Shown piece after piece: positions 29,801-43,000 of a stretch of 64,000 bases of DNA. Source of the stretch: Balanoglossus misakiensis (Eukaryota; Animalia; Hemichordata); the NCBI GenBank assembly GCA_040954595.2, contig CM082594.2, positions 11,350,276 through 11,414,275 on the forward strand. The letters run 5' to 3'. The translations under genes were made by a program, and so were the position numbers. Position 1 is the stretch's first letter. Each line of letters begins with the position of its first letter. A model generated the notes under the pieces. The model was not told where the DNA came from. It did not search any database and saw only the letters and a list, made by a program, of their open reading frames with translations.

Positions 29801-30415
29801 TCAGTTCAATCCATTTTGGAGAAACTGAAGGAAACAAGTCCATCTGCCATCGATGTAGAATTCCGAAACTTAGCTCCCATTGGAGGTGGATCTGTTCATC
29901 TTATGCTGCAGTTCATGAAATTTCTGAAGCACATGTTACAGAGTAATCAGGACTTTGAACTTGCACAAGCTTACATGGGATTGTTTCTCAAGGTTTGTTA
30001 CGAAATTTTATTGAATTATGTACCCAAATAGTTTATGATGTTTTTACATTCAGAGAATGTCTCAAGATCTCTTATTACTTATTCAAATTGATCAATTATG
30101 ATATGTTGTAATAACTCATATGGAAGAGGTATGTGCAAGTAGCTCAGTAGAACAAAACTCACTCAAGAAAGTCTTTAAGTTTGACTTGACACTTTCAAAT
30201 ATTGTGTTCATTACAGGGCTGCTAATTCTCTGCCTAAGCTCACAAAATCCTCTTGTGTTTTTCAGCTCCATGGTGACACCATAGCAACCGAATCAAGCCT
30301 GGTGAAATGTGCTCAAGAGCTGTCAGTGGTGCATCAGTTATCTTGGCAAAGGCTTCATCATCACTTCAGTAAAAGTTTATGTCTGCTCAACTATCTCAAA
30401 AATGTCACCCTCTAA
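23875..30415 (+). CDS. WDR36: WD repeat-containing protein 36 (Utp21, SSU processome), multi-exon
   Basis: MTQDGSRIFVGYRALG...VGKAFHTYN; HPSTYLNKVLFGSRQG; EQAPAVDVIAVGLESGKIVLHNIKFDE; SFRTDGHPVMATGS; IFDMPDGGGRLLR; LVTLSLLPHSRWKNLTNLELIKKRNKPKEPPKVSKSAPFFLPT; DFELAQAYMGLFLKLHG (Utp21 C-terminal domain). Stop TAA at 30413-30415. Includes a 28-nt exon at 24349-24376. Confidence 0.95.
24837..24967. mobile_element. ~130-bp MITE of Tc1/mariner-pogo type in a WDR36 intron
   Basis: TA|CAGTGAAACCTGTC at the left end and GACAGGTTTCACT at the right end form a perfect 13-bp inverted repeat (24838-24850 / 24953-24965) that extends imperfectly to ~22 bp. TA is present on both flanks; the right terminus is slightly degenerate. 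Confidence 0.7.
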
Positions 30416-31082
30416 GTTTCAAAATGATGGATGCTGTCGTGGACATAATGATAGATTCATTCTTTGATACTTCAGTGTGCTTAGACTCGGTTTGTCATTT
30501 CATTTTATGATATCAAATCTTTTGTCTGGTATCTTTAGTTTTCCCAATTTTAAGTCCCATTTGGTATTTATGTGTATATTTACCAGTGCGACCTTATGCG
30601 ACCAGTGGCATCTATATGTCTGTATGTATGTGTAAGATTCTCTTTCTGCAAAATCAGTGGTGAGTATTGTTTTAACAGTCTATTATGTCTTACTGTAATG
30701 TTTATTTCTCATGCAAACAACATGTACGAATGTTTTAGTTGTCATAGCAGATCAAACTTGTCAGCTCATTTTATAAAATGAATATTAAAGAAAACTTGCA
30801 ATATTCAAAAGAAGTCTGCTCTCTTTTTGTGAATATCCTGACAATTTTTAATGGAGGTTTCATATTAATTATGCCTGTGACCGATGACATCATTCAGGGA
30901 TTACTAGTAATGAAACCAGTTTATTGAAGATGTGAAGTTACTCTCTGCATAAGTGAATATATAAGCCAAAACAGGTTATAAAAATTGATGTACATAACAT
31001 TTTTCATGGGCTCATGAAAAGTGTCAAAAATTTAAAAAAAATCCCAAATTTGCTGATTTGGACATTTTGGGACATTGTTTAT

Positions 31083-34000
31083 GGGGTATAGCTCATGAAA
31101 AACATCAAGAAATGCCATTTTTTCGAGTTTGCGAATTTTCAAAATTTGGTCATTTTTGAAAAAAACCATGGGTTATAGCTCAGGAAAATCGTGAAAAATC
31201 GACGATTTTTCGACTTTGCGAATTTTGAAAATTTGGTCATTTTTTGAAAAAACCATGGGTTATAGCTCAGGAAAATCGTGAAAAATCGACGATTTTTCGA
31301 CTTTGCGAATTTTCAAAATTTGGTCATTTTTTGAAAAAACCATGGGTTATAGCTCAGGAAAATCGTGAAAAATCGACGATTTTTCGACTTTGCGAATTTT
31401 CAAAATTTGGTCATTTTTGAAAAAAACCATGGGTTATAGCTCAGGAAAATCGTGAAAAATCGACGATTTTTCGACTTTGCGAATTTTGAAAATTTGGTCA
31501 TTTTTTGAAAAAACCATGGGTTATAGCTCAGGAAAATCGTGAAAAATCGACGATTTTTCGACTTTGCGAATTTTCAAAATTTGGTCATTTTTTGAAAAAA
31601 CCATGGGTTATAGCTCAGGAAAATCGTGAAAAATCGACGATTTTTCGACTTTGCGAATTTTCAAAATTTGGTCATTTTTTGAAAAAACCATGGGTTATAG
31701 CTCAGGAAAATCGTGAAAAATCGACGATTTTTCGACTTTGCGAATTTTGAAAATTTGGTCATTTTTTGAAAAAACCATGGGTTATAGCTCAGGAAAATCG
31801 TGAAAAATCGACGATTTTTCGACTTTGCGAATTTTGAAAATTTGGTCATTTTTTGAAAAAACCATGGGTTATAGCTCAGGAAAATCGTGAAAAATCGACG
31901 ATTTTTCGACTTTGCGAATTTTCAAAATTTGGTCATTTTTTGAAAAAACCATGGGTTATAGCTCAGGAAAATCGTGAAAAATCGACGATTTTTCGACTTT
32001 GCGAATTTTCAAAATTTGGTCATTTTTTGAAAAAACCATGGGTTATAGCTCAGGAAAATCGTGAAAAATCGACGATTTTTCGACTTTGCGAATTTTCAAA
32101 ATTTGGTCATTTTTTGAAAAAACCATGGGTTATAGCTCAGGAAAATCGTGAAAAATCGACGATTTTTCGACTTTGCGAATTTTCAAAATTTGGTCATTTT
32201 TTGAAAAAAACATGGGTTATAGCTCAGGAAAATCGCGAAAAATCGACGATTTTTCGACTTTGCGAATTTTGAAAATTTGGTCATTTTTTGAAAAAACCAT
32301 AGGTTATAGCTCAGGAAAATCGTGAAAAATCGACGATTTTTCGACTTTGCGAATTTTGAAAATTTGGTCATTTTTTGAAAAAACCATGGGTTATAGCTCA
32401 GGAAAATCGTGAAAAATCGACGATTTTTCGACTTTGCGAATTTTGAAAATTTGGTCATTTTTTGAAAAAACCATGGGTTATAGCTCAGGAAAATCGTGAA
32501 AAATCGACGATTTTTCGACTTTGCGAATTTTCAAAATTTGGTCATTTTTGAAAAAAACCATGGGTTATAGCTCAGGAAAATCGTGAAAAATCGACGATTT
32601 TTCGACTTTGCGAATTTTGAAAATTTGGTCATTTTTTGAAAAAACCATGGGTTATAGCTCAGGAAAATCGTGAAAAATCGACGATTTTTCGACTTTGCGA
32701 ATTTTCAAAATTTGGTCATTTTTTGAAAAAACCATGGGTTATAGCTCAGGAAAATCGTGAAAAATCGACGATTTTTCGACTTTGCGAATTTTCAAAATTT
32801 GGTCATTTTTTGAAAAAACCATGGGTTATAGCTCAGGAAAATCGTGAAAAATCGACGATTATTCGACTTTGCGAATTTTCAAAATTTGGTCATTTTTTGA
32901 AAAAAAACATGGGTTATAGCTCAGGAAAATCGCGAAAAATCGACGATTTTTCGACTTTGCGAATTTTGAAAATTTGGTCATTTTTTGAAAAAACCATGGG
33001 TTATAGCTAAGGAAAATCGTGAAAAATCGACGATTTTTCGACTTTGCTAATTTTCAAAATTTGGTCATTTTTTGAAAAAACCATGGGTTATAGCTCAGGA
33101 AAATCGTGAAAAATCGACGATTTTTCGACTTTGCGAATTTTCAAAATTTGGTCATTTTTTGAAAAAACCATGGGTTATAGCTCAGGAAAATCGTGAAAAA
33201 TCGACGATTTTTCGACTTTGCGAATTTTCAAAATTTGGTCATTTTTTGAAAAAACCATGGGTTATAGCTCAGGAAAATCGTGAAAAATCGACGATTTTTC
33301 GACTTTGCGAATTTTCAAAATTTGGTCATTTTTTGAAAAAAACATGGGTTATAGCTCAGGAAAATCGCGAAAAATCGACGATTTTTCGACTTTGCGAATT
33401 TTGAAAATTTGGTCATTTTTTGAAAAAACCATGGGTTATAGCTCAGGAAAATCGTGAAAAATCGACGATTTTTCGACTTTGCGAATTTTGAAAATTTGGT
33501 CATTTTTTGAAAAAACCATGGGTTATAGCTCAGGAAAATCGTGAAAAATCGACGATTTTTCGACTTTGCGAATTTTGAAAATTTGGTCATTTTTTGAAAA
33601 AACCATGGGTTATAGCTCAGGAAAATCGTGAAAAATCGACGATTTTTCGACTTTGCGAATTTTGAAAATTTGGTCATTTTTTGAAAAAACCATGGGTTAT
33701 AGCTCAGGAAAATCGTGAAAAATCGACGATTTTTCGACTTTGCGAATTTTGAAAATTTGGTCATTTTTTGAAAAAACCATGGGTTATAGCTCAGGAAAAT
33801 CGTGAAAAGTCGACGATTTTTCGACTTTGCGAATTTTGAAAATTTGGTCATTTTTTGAAAAAACCATGGGTTATAGCTCAGGAAAATCGTGAAAAATCGA
33901 CGATTTTTCGACTTTGCGAATTTTGAAAATTTGGTCATTTTTTGAAAAAACCATGGGTTATAGCTCAGGAAAATCGTGAAAAATCGACGATTTTTCGACT

Positions 34001-37000
34001 TTGCGAATTTTGAAAATTTGGTCATTTTTTGAAAAAACCATGGGTTATAGCTCAGGAAAATCGTGAAAAATCGACGATTTTTCGACTTTGCGAATTTTGA
34101 AAATTTGGTCATTTTTTGAAAAAACCATGGGTTATAGCTCAGGAAAATCGTGAAAAATCGACGATTTTTCGACTTTGCGAATTTTCAAAATTTGGTCATT
34201 TTTTGAAAAAACCATGGGTTATAGCTCAGGAAAATCGTGAAAAATCGACGATTTTTCGACTTTGCGAATTTTGAAAATTTGGTCATTTTTTGAAAAAACC
34301 ATGGGTTATAGCTCAGGAAAATCGTGAAAAATCGACGATTTTTCGATTTTTCGAATTTTGAAAATTTGGTCATTTTTTGAAAAAAACATGGGTTATAGCT
34401 CAGGAAAATCGTGAAAAATCGACGATTTTTCGACTTTGCGAATTTTCAAAATTTGGTCATTTTTTGAAAAAACCATGGGTTATAGCTCAGGAAAATCGTG
34501 AAAAATCGACGATTTTTCGACTTTGCGAATTTTGAAAATTTGGTCAATTTTTGAAAAAACCATGGGTTATAGCTCAGGAAAATCGTGAAAAATCGACGAT
34601 TTTTCGACTTTGCGAATTTTGAAAATTTGGTCATTTTTTGTAAAAACCATGGGTTATAGCTCAGGAAAATCGTGAAAAATCGACGATTTTTCGACTTTGC
34701 GAATTTTGAAAATTTGGTCATTTTTTGAAAAAACCATGGGTTATAGCTCAGGAAAATCGTGAAAAATCGACGATTTTTCGACTTTGCGAATTTTGAAAAT
34801 TTGGTCATTTTTTGAAAAAACCATGGGTTATAGCTCAGGAAAATCGTGAAAAATCGACGATTTTTCGACTTTGCGAATTTTGAAAATTTGGTCATTTTTT
34901 GAAAAAACCATGGGTTATAGCTCAGGAAAATCGCTTTCTCACAAAAAAAGAAATAGAAAAAAAGTGGTCTCGAACCAACATCAGTTGACACCTTGAGGTA
35001 AAAGTCACGCCTTCCTGAACCCTTGGCCATCAGGATGTGTTCTCGAAAAAGTCGGAAATTTACCGCACTATATTGCAGCATAACTACAATGATCTTATTT
35101 GCACCGCAGCGGTGCGAACTCTTATTTGCACCGCAGCGGTGCAAATAAGAGTTCACATCGCTGCGGTGCAAATAAGAGTTCCCTGCACCGCAACGATCTG
35201 ACCGTTCTTTATTCACTCCTCGGCGATAAAAACGTTTTATTACGGCCCAAATAATGACTTTTTCGCTCCTTGGTTGGTCATGCGGACGGAAAGACACGGT
35301 TTTAGCGACTTTTTCTTTCTCTTTCCTGAGCACTACGTATTCAGACTTGCCCAAGTGAACCGCGACAAAAAAATGACCAAGTTTCCCTGCATGTTTCCGA
35401 CAGATAAAAAACGCAGCGTAGATATTGAAATGAATTGGATTGATGAAATTGATAAAAATTAAAATGACAATATCGTTAAAAGTTCTCACAAAAAAAAATA
35501 GAAAAAAGTGGTCTCGAACCAACATCAGTTGACACCTTGAGGTAAAAAGTCAAGCCTTCCTGAACCCTTGGCCATCAGGATGTGTTCTCGAAAAAGTCGG
35601 AAATTTACCGCACTATATTGCAGCATAACTACAATGATCTTATTTGCACCGCAGCGGTGCGAACTCTTATTTGCACCGCAGCGGTGCAAATAAGAGTTCA
35701 CATCGCTGCGGTGCAAATAAGAGTTCCCTGCACCGCAACGATCTGACCGTTCTTTATTCACTCCTCGGCGACAAAAACGTTTTATTACGGCCCAAATAAT
35801 GACTTTTTCGCTCCTTGGTTGGTCATGCGGACGGAAAGACACGGTTTTAGCGACTTTTTCTTTCTCTTTCCTGAGCACTACGTATTCAGACTTGCCCAAG
35901 TGAACCGCGACAAAAAAATGACCAAGTTTCCCTGCATGTTTCCGACAGATAAAAAACGCAGCGTAGATATTGAAATGAATTGGATCTATGAAATTGATAA
36001 AAATTAAAATGACAATATCGTTAAAAGTTCTCACAAAAAAAGAAATAGAAAAAAAGTGGTCTCGAACCAACATCAGTTGACACCTTGAGGTAAAAGTCAA
36101 GCCTTCCTGAACCCTTGGCCATCAGGATGTGTTCTCGAAAAAGTCGGAAATTTACCGCACTATATTGCAGCATAACTACAATGATCTTATTTGCACCGCA
36201 GCGGTGCGAACTCTTATTTGCACCGCAGCGGTGCAAATAAGAGTTCACATCGCTGCGGTGCAAATAAGCGTTCCCTGCACCGCAACGATCTGACCGTTCT
36301 TTATTCACTCCTCGGCGACAAAAACGTTTTATTACGGCCCAAATAATGACTTTTTCGCTCCTTGGTTGGTCATGCGGACGGAAAGACACGGTTTTAGCGA
36401 CTTTGCGAATTTTCAAAATTTGGTCATTTTTTGAAAAAACTATGGGTTATAGCTCAGGAAAATCGCGAAAAATCGACGATTTTTCGACTTTGCGAATTTT
36501 GAAAATTTGGTCATTTTTTGAAAAAACCATGGGTTATAGCTCAGGAAAATCGCGAAAAATCGACTATTTTTCGACTTTGCGAATTTGCAAAATTTGGTCA
36601 TTTTTTGAAAAAAACCATGGGTTATAGCTCAGGAAAATCGCGAAAAATCGACGATTTTTCGACTTTGCGAATTTTCAAAATTTGGTCATTTTTTGAAAAA
36701 ACCATGGGTTATAGCTCAGGAAAATCGCGAAAATCGACGATTTTTCGACTTTGCGAATTTTCAAAATTTGGTCATTTTTTGAAAAAACCATGGGTTATAG
36801 CTCAGGAAAATCGCGAAAAATCGACGATTTTTCGACTTTGCGAATTTTGAAAATTTGGTCATTTTTTGAAAAAACCATGGGTTATAGCTCAGGAAAATCG
36901 TGAAAAATCGACGATTTTTCGACTTTGCGAATTTTGAAAATTTGGTCATTTTTTGAAAAAACCATGGGTTATAGCTAAGGAAAATAGTGAAAAATCGACG

Positions 37001-40000
37001 ATTTTTCGACTTTGCGAATTTTGAAAATTTGGTCATTTTTTGAAAAAACCATGGGTTATAGCTCAGGAAAATCGCGAAAAATCGTCGATTTTTCGACTTT
37101 GCGAATTTTCAAAATTTGGTCATTTTTTGAAAAAACCATGGGTTATAGCTCAGGAAAATCGCGAAAAATCGACGATTTTTCGACTTTGCGAATTTTCAAA
37201 ATTTGGTCATTTTTTGAAAAAACCATGGGTTATAGCTCAGGAAAATCGTGAAAAATCGACGATTTTTCGACTTTGCGAATTTTCAAAATTTGGTCATTTT
37301 TTGAAAAAACCATGGGTTATAGCTCAGGAAAATCGCGAAAAATCGACGATTTTTCGACTTTGCGAATTTTCAAAATTTGGTCATTTTTTGAAAAAAACAT
37401 GGGTTATAGCTCAGGAAAATCGCGAAAAATCGACGATTTTTCGAATTTGCGAATTTTCAAAATTTGGTCATTTTTTGAAAAAACCATGGGGTATAGCTCA
37501 GGAAAATCGCGAAAAATCGACGATTTTTCGACTTTGCGAATTTTCAAAATTTGGTCATTTTTTGAAAAAACCATGGGTTATAGCTCAGGAAAATCGCGAA
37601 AAATCGACGATTTTTCGAATTTGCGAATTTTCAAAATTTGGTCATTTTTTGAAAAAACCATGGGTTATAGCTCAGGAAAATCGCGAAAAATCGACGATTT
37701 TTCGACTTTGCGAATTTTGAAAATTTGGTCATTTTTTGAAAAAACCATGGGTTATAGCTCAGGAAAATCGCGAAAAATCGTCGATTTTTCGACTTTGCGA
37801 ATTTTCAAAATTTGGTCATTTTTTGAAAAAACCATGGGTTATAGCTCAGGAAAATCGCGAAAAATCGACGATTTTTCGACTTTGCGAATTTTCAAAATTT
37901 GGTCATTTTTTGAAAAAACCATGGGTTATAGCTCAGGAAAATCGCGAAAAATCGACGATTTTTCGACTTTGCGAATTTTCAAAATTTGGTCATTTTCTGA
38001 AAAAACCATGGGTTATAGCTCAGGAAAATCGCGAAAAATCGTCGATTTTTCGACTTTGCGAATTTTGAAAATTTGGTCATTTTTTGAAAAAACCATGGGT
38101 TATAGCTCAGGAAAATCGCGAAAAATCGACGATTTTTCGACTTTGCGAATTTTGAAAATTTGGTCATTTTTTGAAAAAACCATGGGTTATAGCTCAGGAA
38201 AATCGAGAAAAATCGACGATTTTTCGACTTTGCGAATTTTCAAAATTTGGTCATTTTTTGAAAAAACCATGGGTTATAGCTCAGGAAAATCGCGAAAAAT
38301 CGACGATTTTTCGACTTTGCGAATTTTCAAAATTTGGTCATTTTTTGAAAAAACCATGGGTTATAGCTCAGGAAAATCGCGAAAAATCGACGATTTTTCG
38401 ACTTTGCGAATTTTCAAAATTTGGTCATTTTTTGAAAAAACCATGGGTTATAGCTCAGGAAAATCGCGAAAAATCGACGATTTTTCGACTTTGCTAATTT
38501 TCAAAATTTGGTCATTTTTTGAAAAAACCATGGGTTATAGCTCAGGAAAATCGCGAAAAATCGACGATTTTTCGACTTTGCGAATTTTCAAAATTTGGTC
38601 ATTTTTTGAAAAAACCATGGGTTATAGCTCAGGAAAATCGCGAAAAATCGACGATTTTTCGACTTTGCGAATTTTCAAAATTTGGTCATTTTTTGAAAAA
38701 ACCATGGGTTATAGCTCAGGAAAATCGCGAAAAATCGACGATTTTTCGACTTTGCGAATTTGGAAAATTTGGTCATTTTTTGAAAAAACCATGGGTTATA
38801 GCTCAGGAAAATCGCGAAAAATCGACGATTTTTCGACTTTGCGAATTTTGAAAATTTGGTCATTTTTTGAAAAAACCATGGGTTATAGCTCAGGAAAATC
38901 GCGAAAAATCGACGATTTTTCGAATTTGCGAATTTTCTAAATTTGGTCATTTTTTGAAAAAACCATGGGTTATAGCTCCGGAAAATCGCGAAAAATTGAC
39001 GATTTTTCGACTTTGCGAATTTTCAAAATTTGGTCATTTTTTGAAAAAACCATGGGTTATAGCTCAGGAAAATCGTGAAAAATCGACGATTTTTCGACTT
39101 TGCGAATTTTCAAAATTTGGTCATTTTTTGAAAAAACCATGGGTTATAGCTCAGGAAAATCGCGAAAAATCGACGATTTTTCGACTTTGCGAATTTTGAA
39201 AATTTGGTCATTTTTTGAAAAAACCATGGGTTATAGCTCAGGAAAATCGCGAAAAATCGTCGATTTTTCGACTTTGCGAATTTTGAAAATTTGGTCATTT
39301 TTTGAAAAAACCATGGGTTATAGCTCAGGAAAATCGCGAAAAATCGACGATTTTTCGACTTTGCGAATTTTCAAAATTTGCTCATTTTTTGAAAAAACCA
39401 TGGGTTATAGCTCAGGAAAATCGCGAAAAATCGACGATTTTTCGACTTTGCGAATTTTGAAAATTTGCTCATTTTTTGAAAAAACCATGGGTTATAGCTC
39501 AGGAAAATCGCGAAAAATCGACGATTTTTCGACTTTGCGAATTTTGAAAATTTGGTCATTTTTTGAAAAAACCATGGGTTATAGCTCAGGAAAATCGCGA
39601 AAAATCGACGATTTTTCGACTTTGCGAATTTTGAAAATTTGGTCATTTTTTGAAAAAACCATGGGTTATAGCTCAGGAAAATCGCGAAAAATCGACGATT
39701 TTTCGACTTTGCGAATTTTGAAAATTTGGTCATTTTTTGAAAAAACCATGGGTTATAGCTCAGGAAAATCGCGAAAAATCGACGATTTTTCGACTTTGCG
39801 AATTTTGAAAATTTGGTCATTTTTTGAAAAAACCATGGGTTATAGCTCAGGAAAATCGCGAAAAATCGACGATTTTTCGACTTTGCGAATTTTCAAAATT
39901 TGGTCATTTTTTGAAAAAACCATGGGTTATAGCTCAGGAAAATCGCGAAAAATCGACGATTTTTCGACTTTGCGAATTTTCAAAATTTGGTCATTTTTTG

Positions 40001-43000
40001 AAAAAACCATGGGTTATAGCTCAGGAAAATCGCGAAAAATCGACGATTTTTCGACTTTGCGAATTTTCAAAATTTGGTCATTTTTTGAAAAAACCATGGG
40101 TTATAGCTCAGGAAAATCGCGAAAAATCGACGATTTTTCGAATTTGCGAATTTTGAAAATTTGGTCATTTTTTGAAAAAACCATGGGTTATAGCTCAGGA
40201 AAATCGCGAAAAATTGACGATTTTTCGACTTTGCGAATTTTCAAAATTTGGTCATTTTTTGAAAAAACCATGGGTTATAGCTCAGGAAAATCGCGAAAAA
40301 TCGACGATTTTTCGACTTTGCGAATTTTGAAAATTTGGTCATTTTTTGAAAAAACCATGGGTTATAGCTCAGGAAAATCGCGAAAAATCGACGATTTTTC
40401 GACTTTGCGAATTTTGAAAATTTGGTCATTTTTTGAAAAAACCATGGGTTATAGCTCAGGAAAATCGCGAAAAATCGACGATTTTTCGACTTTGCGAATT
40501 TTCAAAATTTGGTCATTTTTTGAAAAAACCATGGGTTATAGCTCAGGAAAATCGCGAAAAATCGACGATTTTTCGACTTTGCGAATTTTGAAAATTTGGT
40601 CATTTTTTGAAAAAACCATGGGTTATAGCTCAGGAAAATCGCGAAAAATCGACGATTTTTCGACTTTGCGAATTTTGAAAATTTGGTCATTTTTTGAAAA
40701 AACCATGGGTTATAGCTCAGGAAAATCGCGAAAAATCGACGATTTTTCGACTTTGCGAATTTTGAAAATTTGGTCATTTTTTGAAAAAACCATGGGTTAT
40801 AGCTCAGGAAAATCGCGAAAAATCGACGATTTTTCGACTTTGCGAATTTTGAAAATTTGGTCATTTTTTGAAAAAACCATGGGTTATAGCTCAGGAAAAT
40901 CGCGAAAAATCGACGATTTTTCGACTTTGCGAATTTTGAAAATTTGGTCATTTTTTGAAAAAACCATGGGTTATAGCTCAGGAAAATCGCGAAAAATCGA
41001 CGATTTTTCGACTTTGCGAATTTTGAAAATTTGGTCATTTTTTGAAAAAACCATGGGTTATAGCTCAGGAAAATCGCGAAAAATCGACGATTTTTCGACT
41101 TTGCGAATTTTGAAAATTTGGTCATTTTTTGAAAAAACCATGGGTTATAGCTCAGGAAAATCGCGAAAAATCGACGATTTTTCGACTTTGCGAATTTTCA
41201 AAATTTGGTCATTTTTTGAAAAAACCATGGGTTATAGCTCAGGAAAATCGCGAAAAATCGACGATTTTTCGACTTTGCGAATTTTCAAAATTTGGTCATT
41301 TTTTGAAAAAACCATGGGTTATAGCTCAGGAAAATCGCGAAAAATCGACGATTTTTCGACTTTGCGAATTTTGAAAATTTGGTCATTTTTTGAAAAAACC
41401 ATGGGTTATAGCTCAGGAAAATCGCGAAAAATCGTCGATTTTTCGACTTTGCGAATTTTGAAAATTTGGTCATTTTTTGAAAAAACCATGGGTTATAGCT
41501 CAGGAAAATCGCGAAAAATCGTCGATTTTTCGACTTTGCGAATTTTCAAAATTTGGTCATTTTTTGAAAAAACCATGGGTTATAGCTCAGGAAAATCGCG
41601 AAAAATCGACGATTTTTCGACTTTGCGAATTTTCAAAATTTGGTCATTTTTTGAAAAAACCATGGAAAATCGCGAAAAATCGACGATTTTTCGACTTTGC
41701 GAATTTTCAAAATTTGGTCATTTTCTGAAAAAACCATGGGTTATAGCTCAGGAAAATCGCGAAAAATCGTCGATTTTTCGACTTTGCGAATTTTGAAAAT
41801 TTGGTCATTTTTTGAAAAAACCATGGGTTATAGCTCAGGAAAATCGCGAAAAATCGACGATTTTTCGACTTTGCGAATTTTGAAAATTTGGTCATTTTTT
41901 GAAAAAACCATGGGTTATAGCTCAGGAAAATCGCGAAAAATCGACGATTTTTCGACTTTGCGAATTTTGAAAATTTGGTCATTTTTTGAAAAAACCATGG
42001 GTTATAGCTCAGGAAAATCGCGAAAAATCGACGATTTTTCGACTTTGCGAATTTTGAAAATTTGGTCATTTTTTGAAAAAACCATGGGTTATAGCTCAGG
42101 AAAATCGCGAAAAATCGACGATTTTTCGACTTTGCGAATTTTGAAAATTTGGTCATTTTTTGAAAAAACCATGGGTTATAGCTCAGGAAAATCGCGAAAA
42201 ATCGACGATTTTTCGACTTTGCGAATTTTCAAAATTTGGTCATTTTTTGAAAAAACCATGGGTTATAGCTCAGGAAAATCGCGAAAAATCGACGATTTTT
42301 CGACTTTGCGAATTTTGAAAATTTGGTCATTTTTTGAAAAAACCATGGGTTATAGCTCAGGAAAATCGCGAAAAATCGACGATTTTTCGACTTTGCGAAT
42401 TTTGAAAATTTGGTCATTTTTTGAAAAAACCATGGGTTATAGCTCAGGAAAATCGCGAAAAATCGACGATTTTTCGACTTTGCGAATTTTGAAAATTTGG
42501 TCATTTTTTGAAAAAACCATGGGTTATAGCTCAGGAAAATCGCGAAAAATCGACGATTTTTCGACTTTGCGAATTTTGAAAATTTGGTCATTTTTTGAAA
42601 AAACCATGGGTTATAGCTCAGGAAAATCGCGAAAAATCGACGATTTTTCGACTTTGCGAATTTTGAAAATTTGGTCATTTTTTGAAAAAACCATGGGTTA
42701 TAGCTCAGGAAAATCGCGAAAAATCGACGATTTTTCGACTTTGCGAATTTTGAAAATTTGGTCATTTTTTGAAAAAACCATGGGTTATAGCTCAGGAAAA
42801 TCGCGAAAAATCGACGATTTTTCGACTTTGCGAATTTTGAAAATTTGGTCATTTTTTGAAAAAACCATGGGTTATAGCTCAGGAAAATCGCGAAAAATCG
42901 ACGATTTTTCGACTTTGCGAATTTTGAAAATTTGGTCATTTTTTGAAAAAACCATGGGTTATAGCTCAGGAAAATCGCGAAAAATCGACGATTTTTCGAC

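Noticed and set aside
30920-30925. Minus-strand AATAAA left of the array as the sulfotransferase poly(A) site (array inside its 3' UTR)
   Set aside because: A closer AATAAA with a downstream GT-rich tract exists at 56767-56772, before the array.
34446-36416. Minus-strand ORFs through the 546-bp units (359, 191 and 131 aa) as a transposase or other protein
   Set aside because: No recognisable domain; the HRCGAN repeats simply translate the palindrome, and frames differ between copies because of A-run indels.
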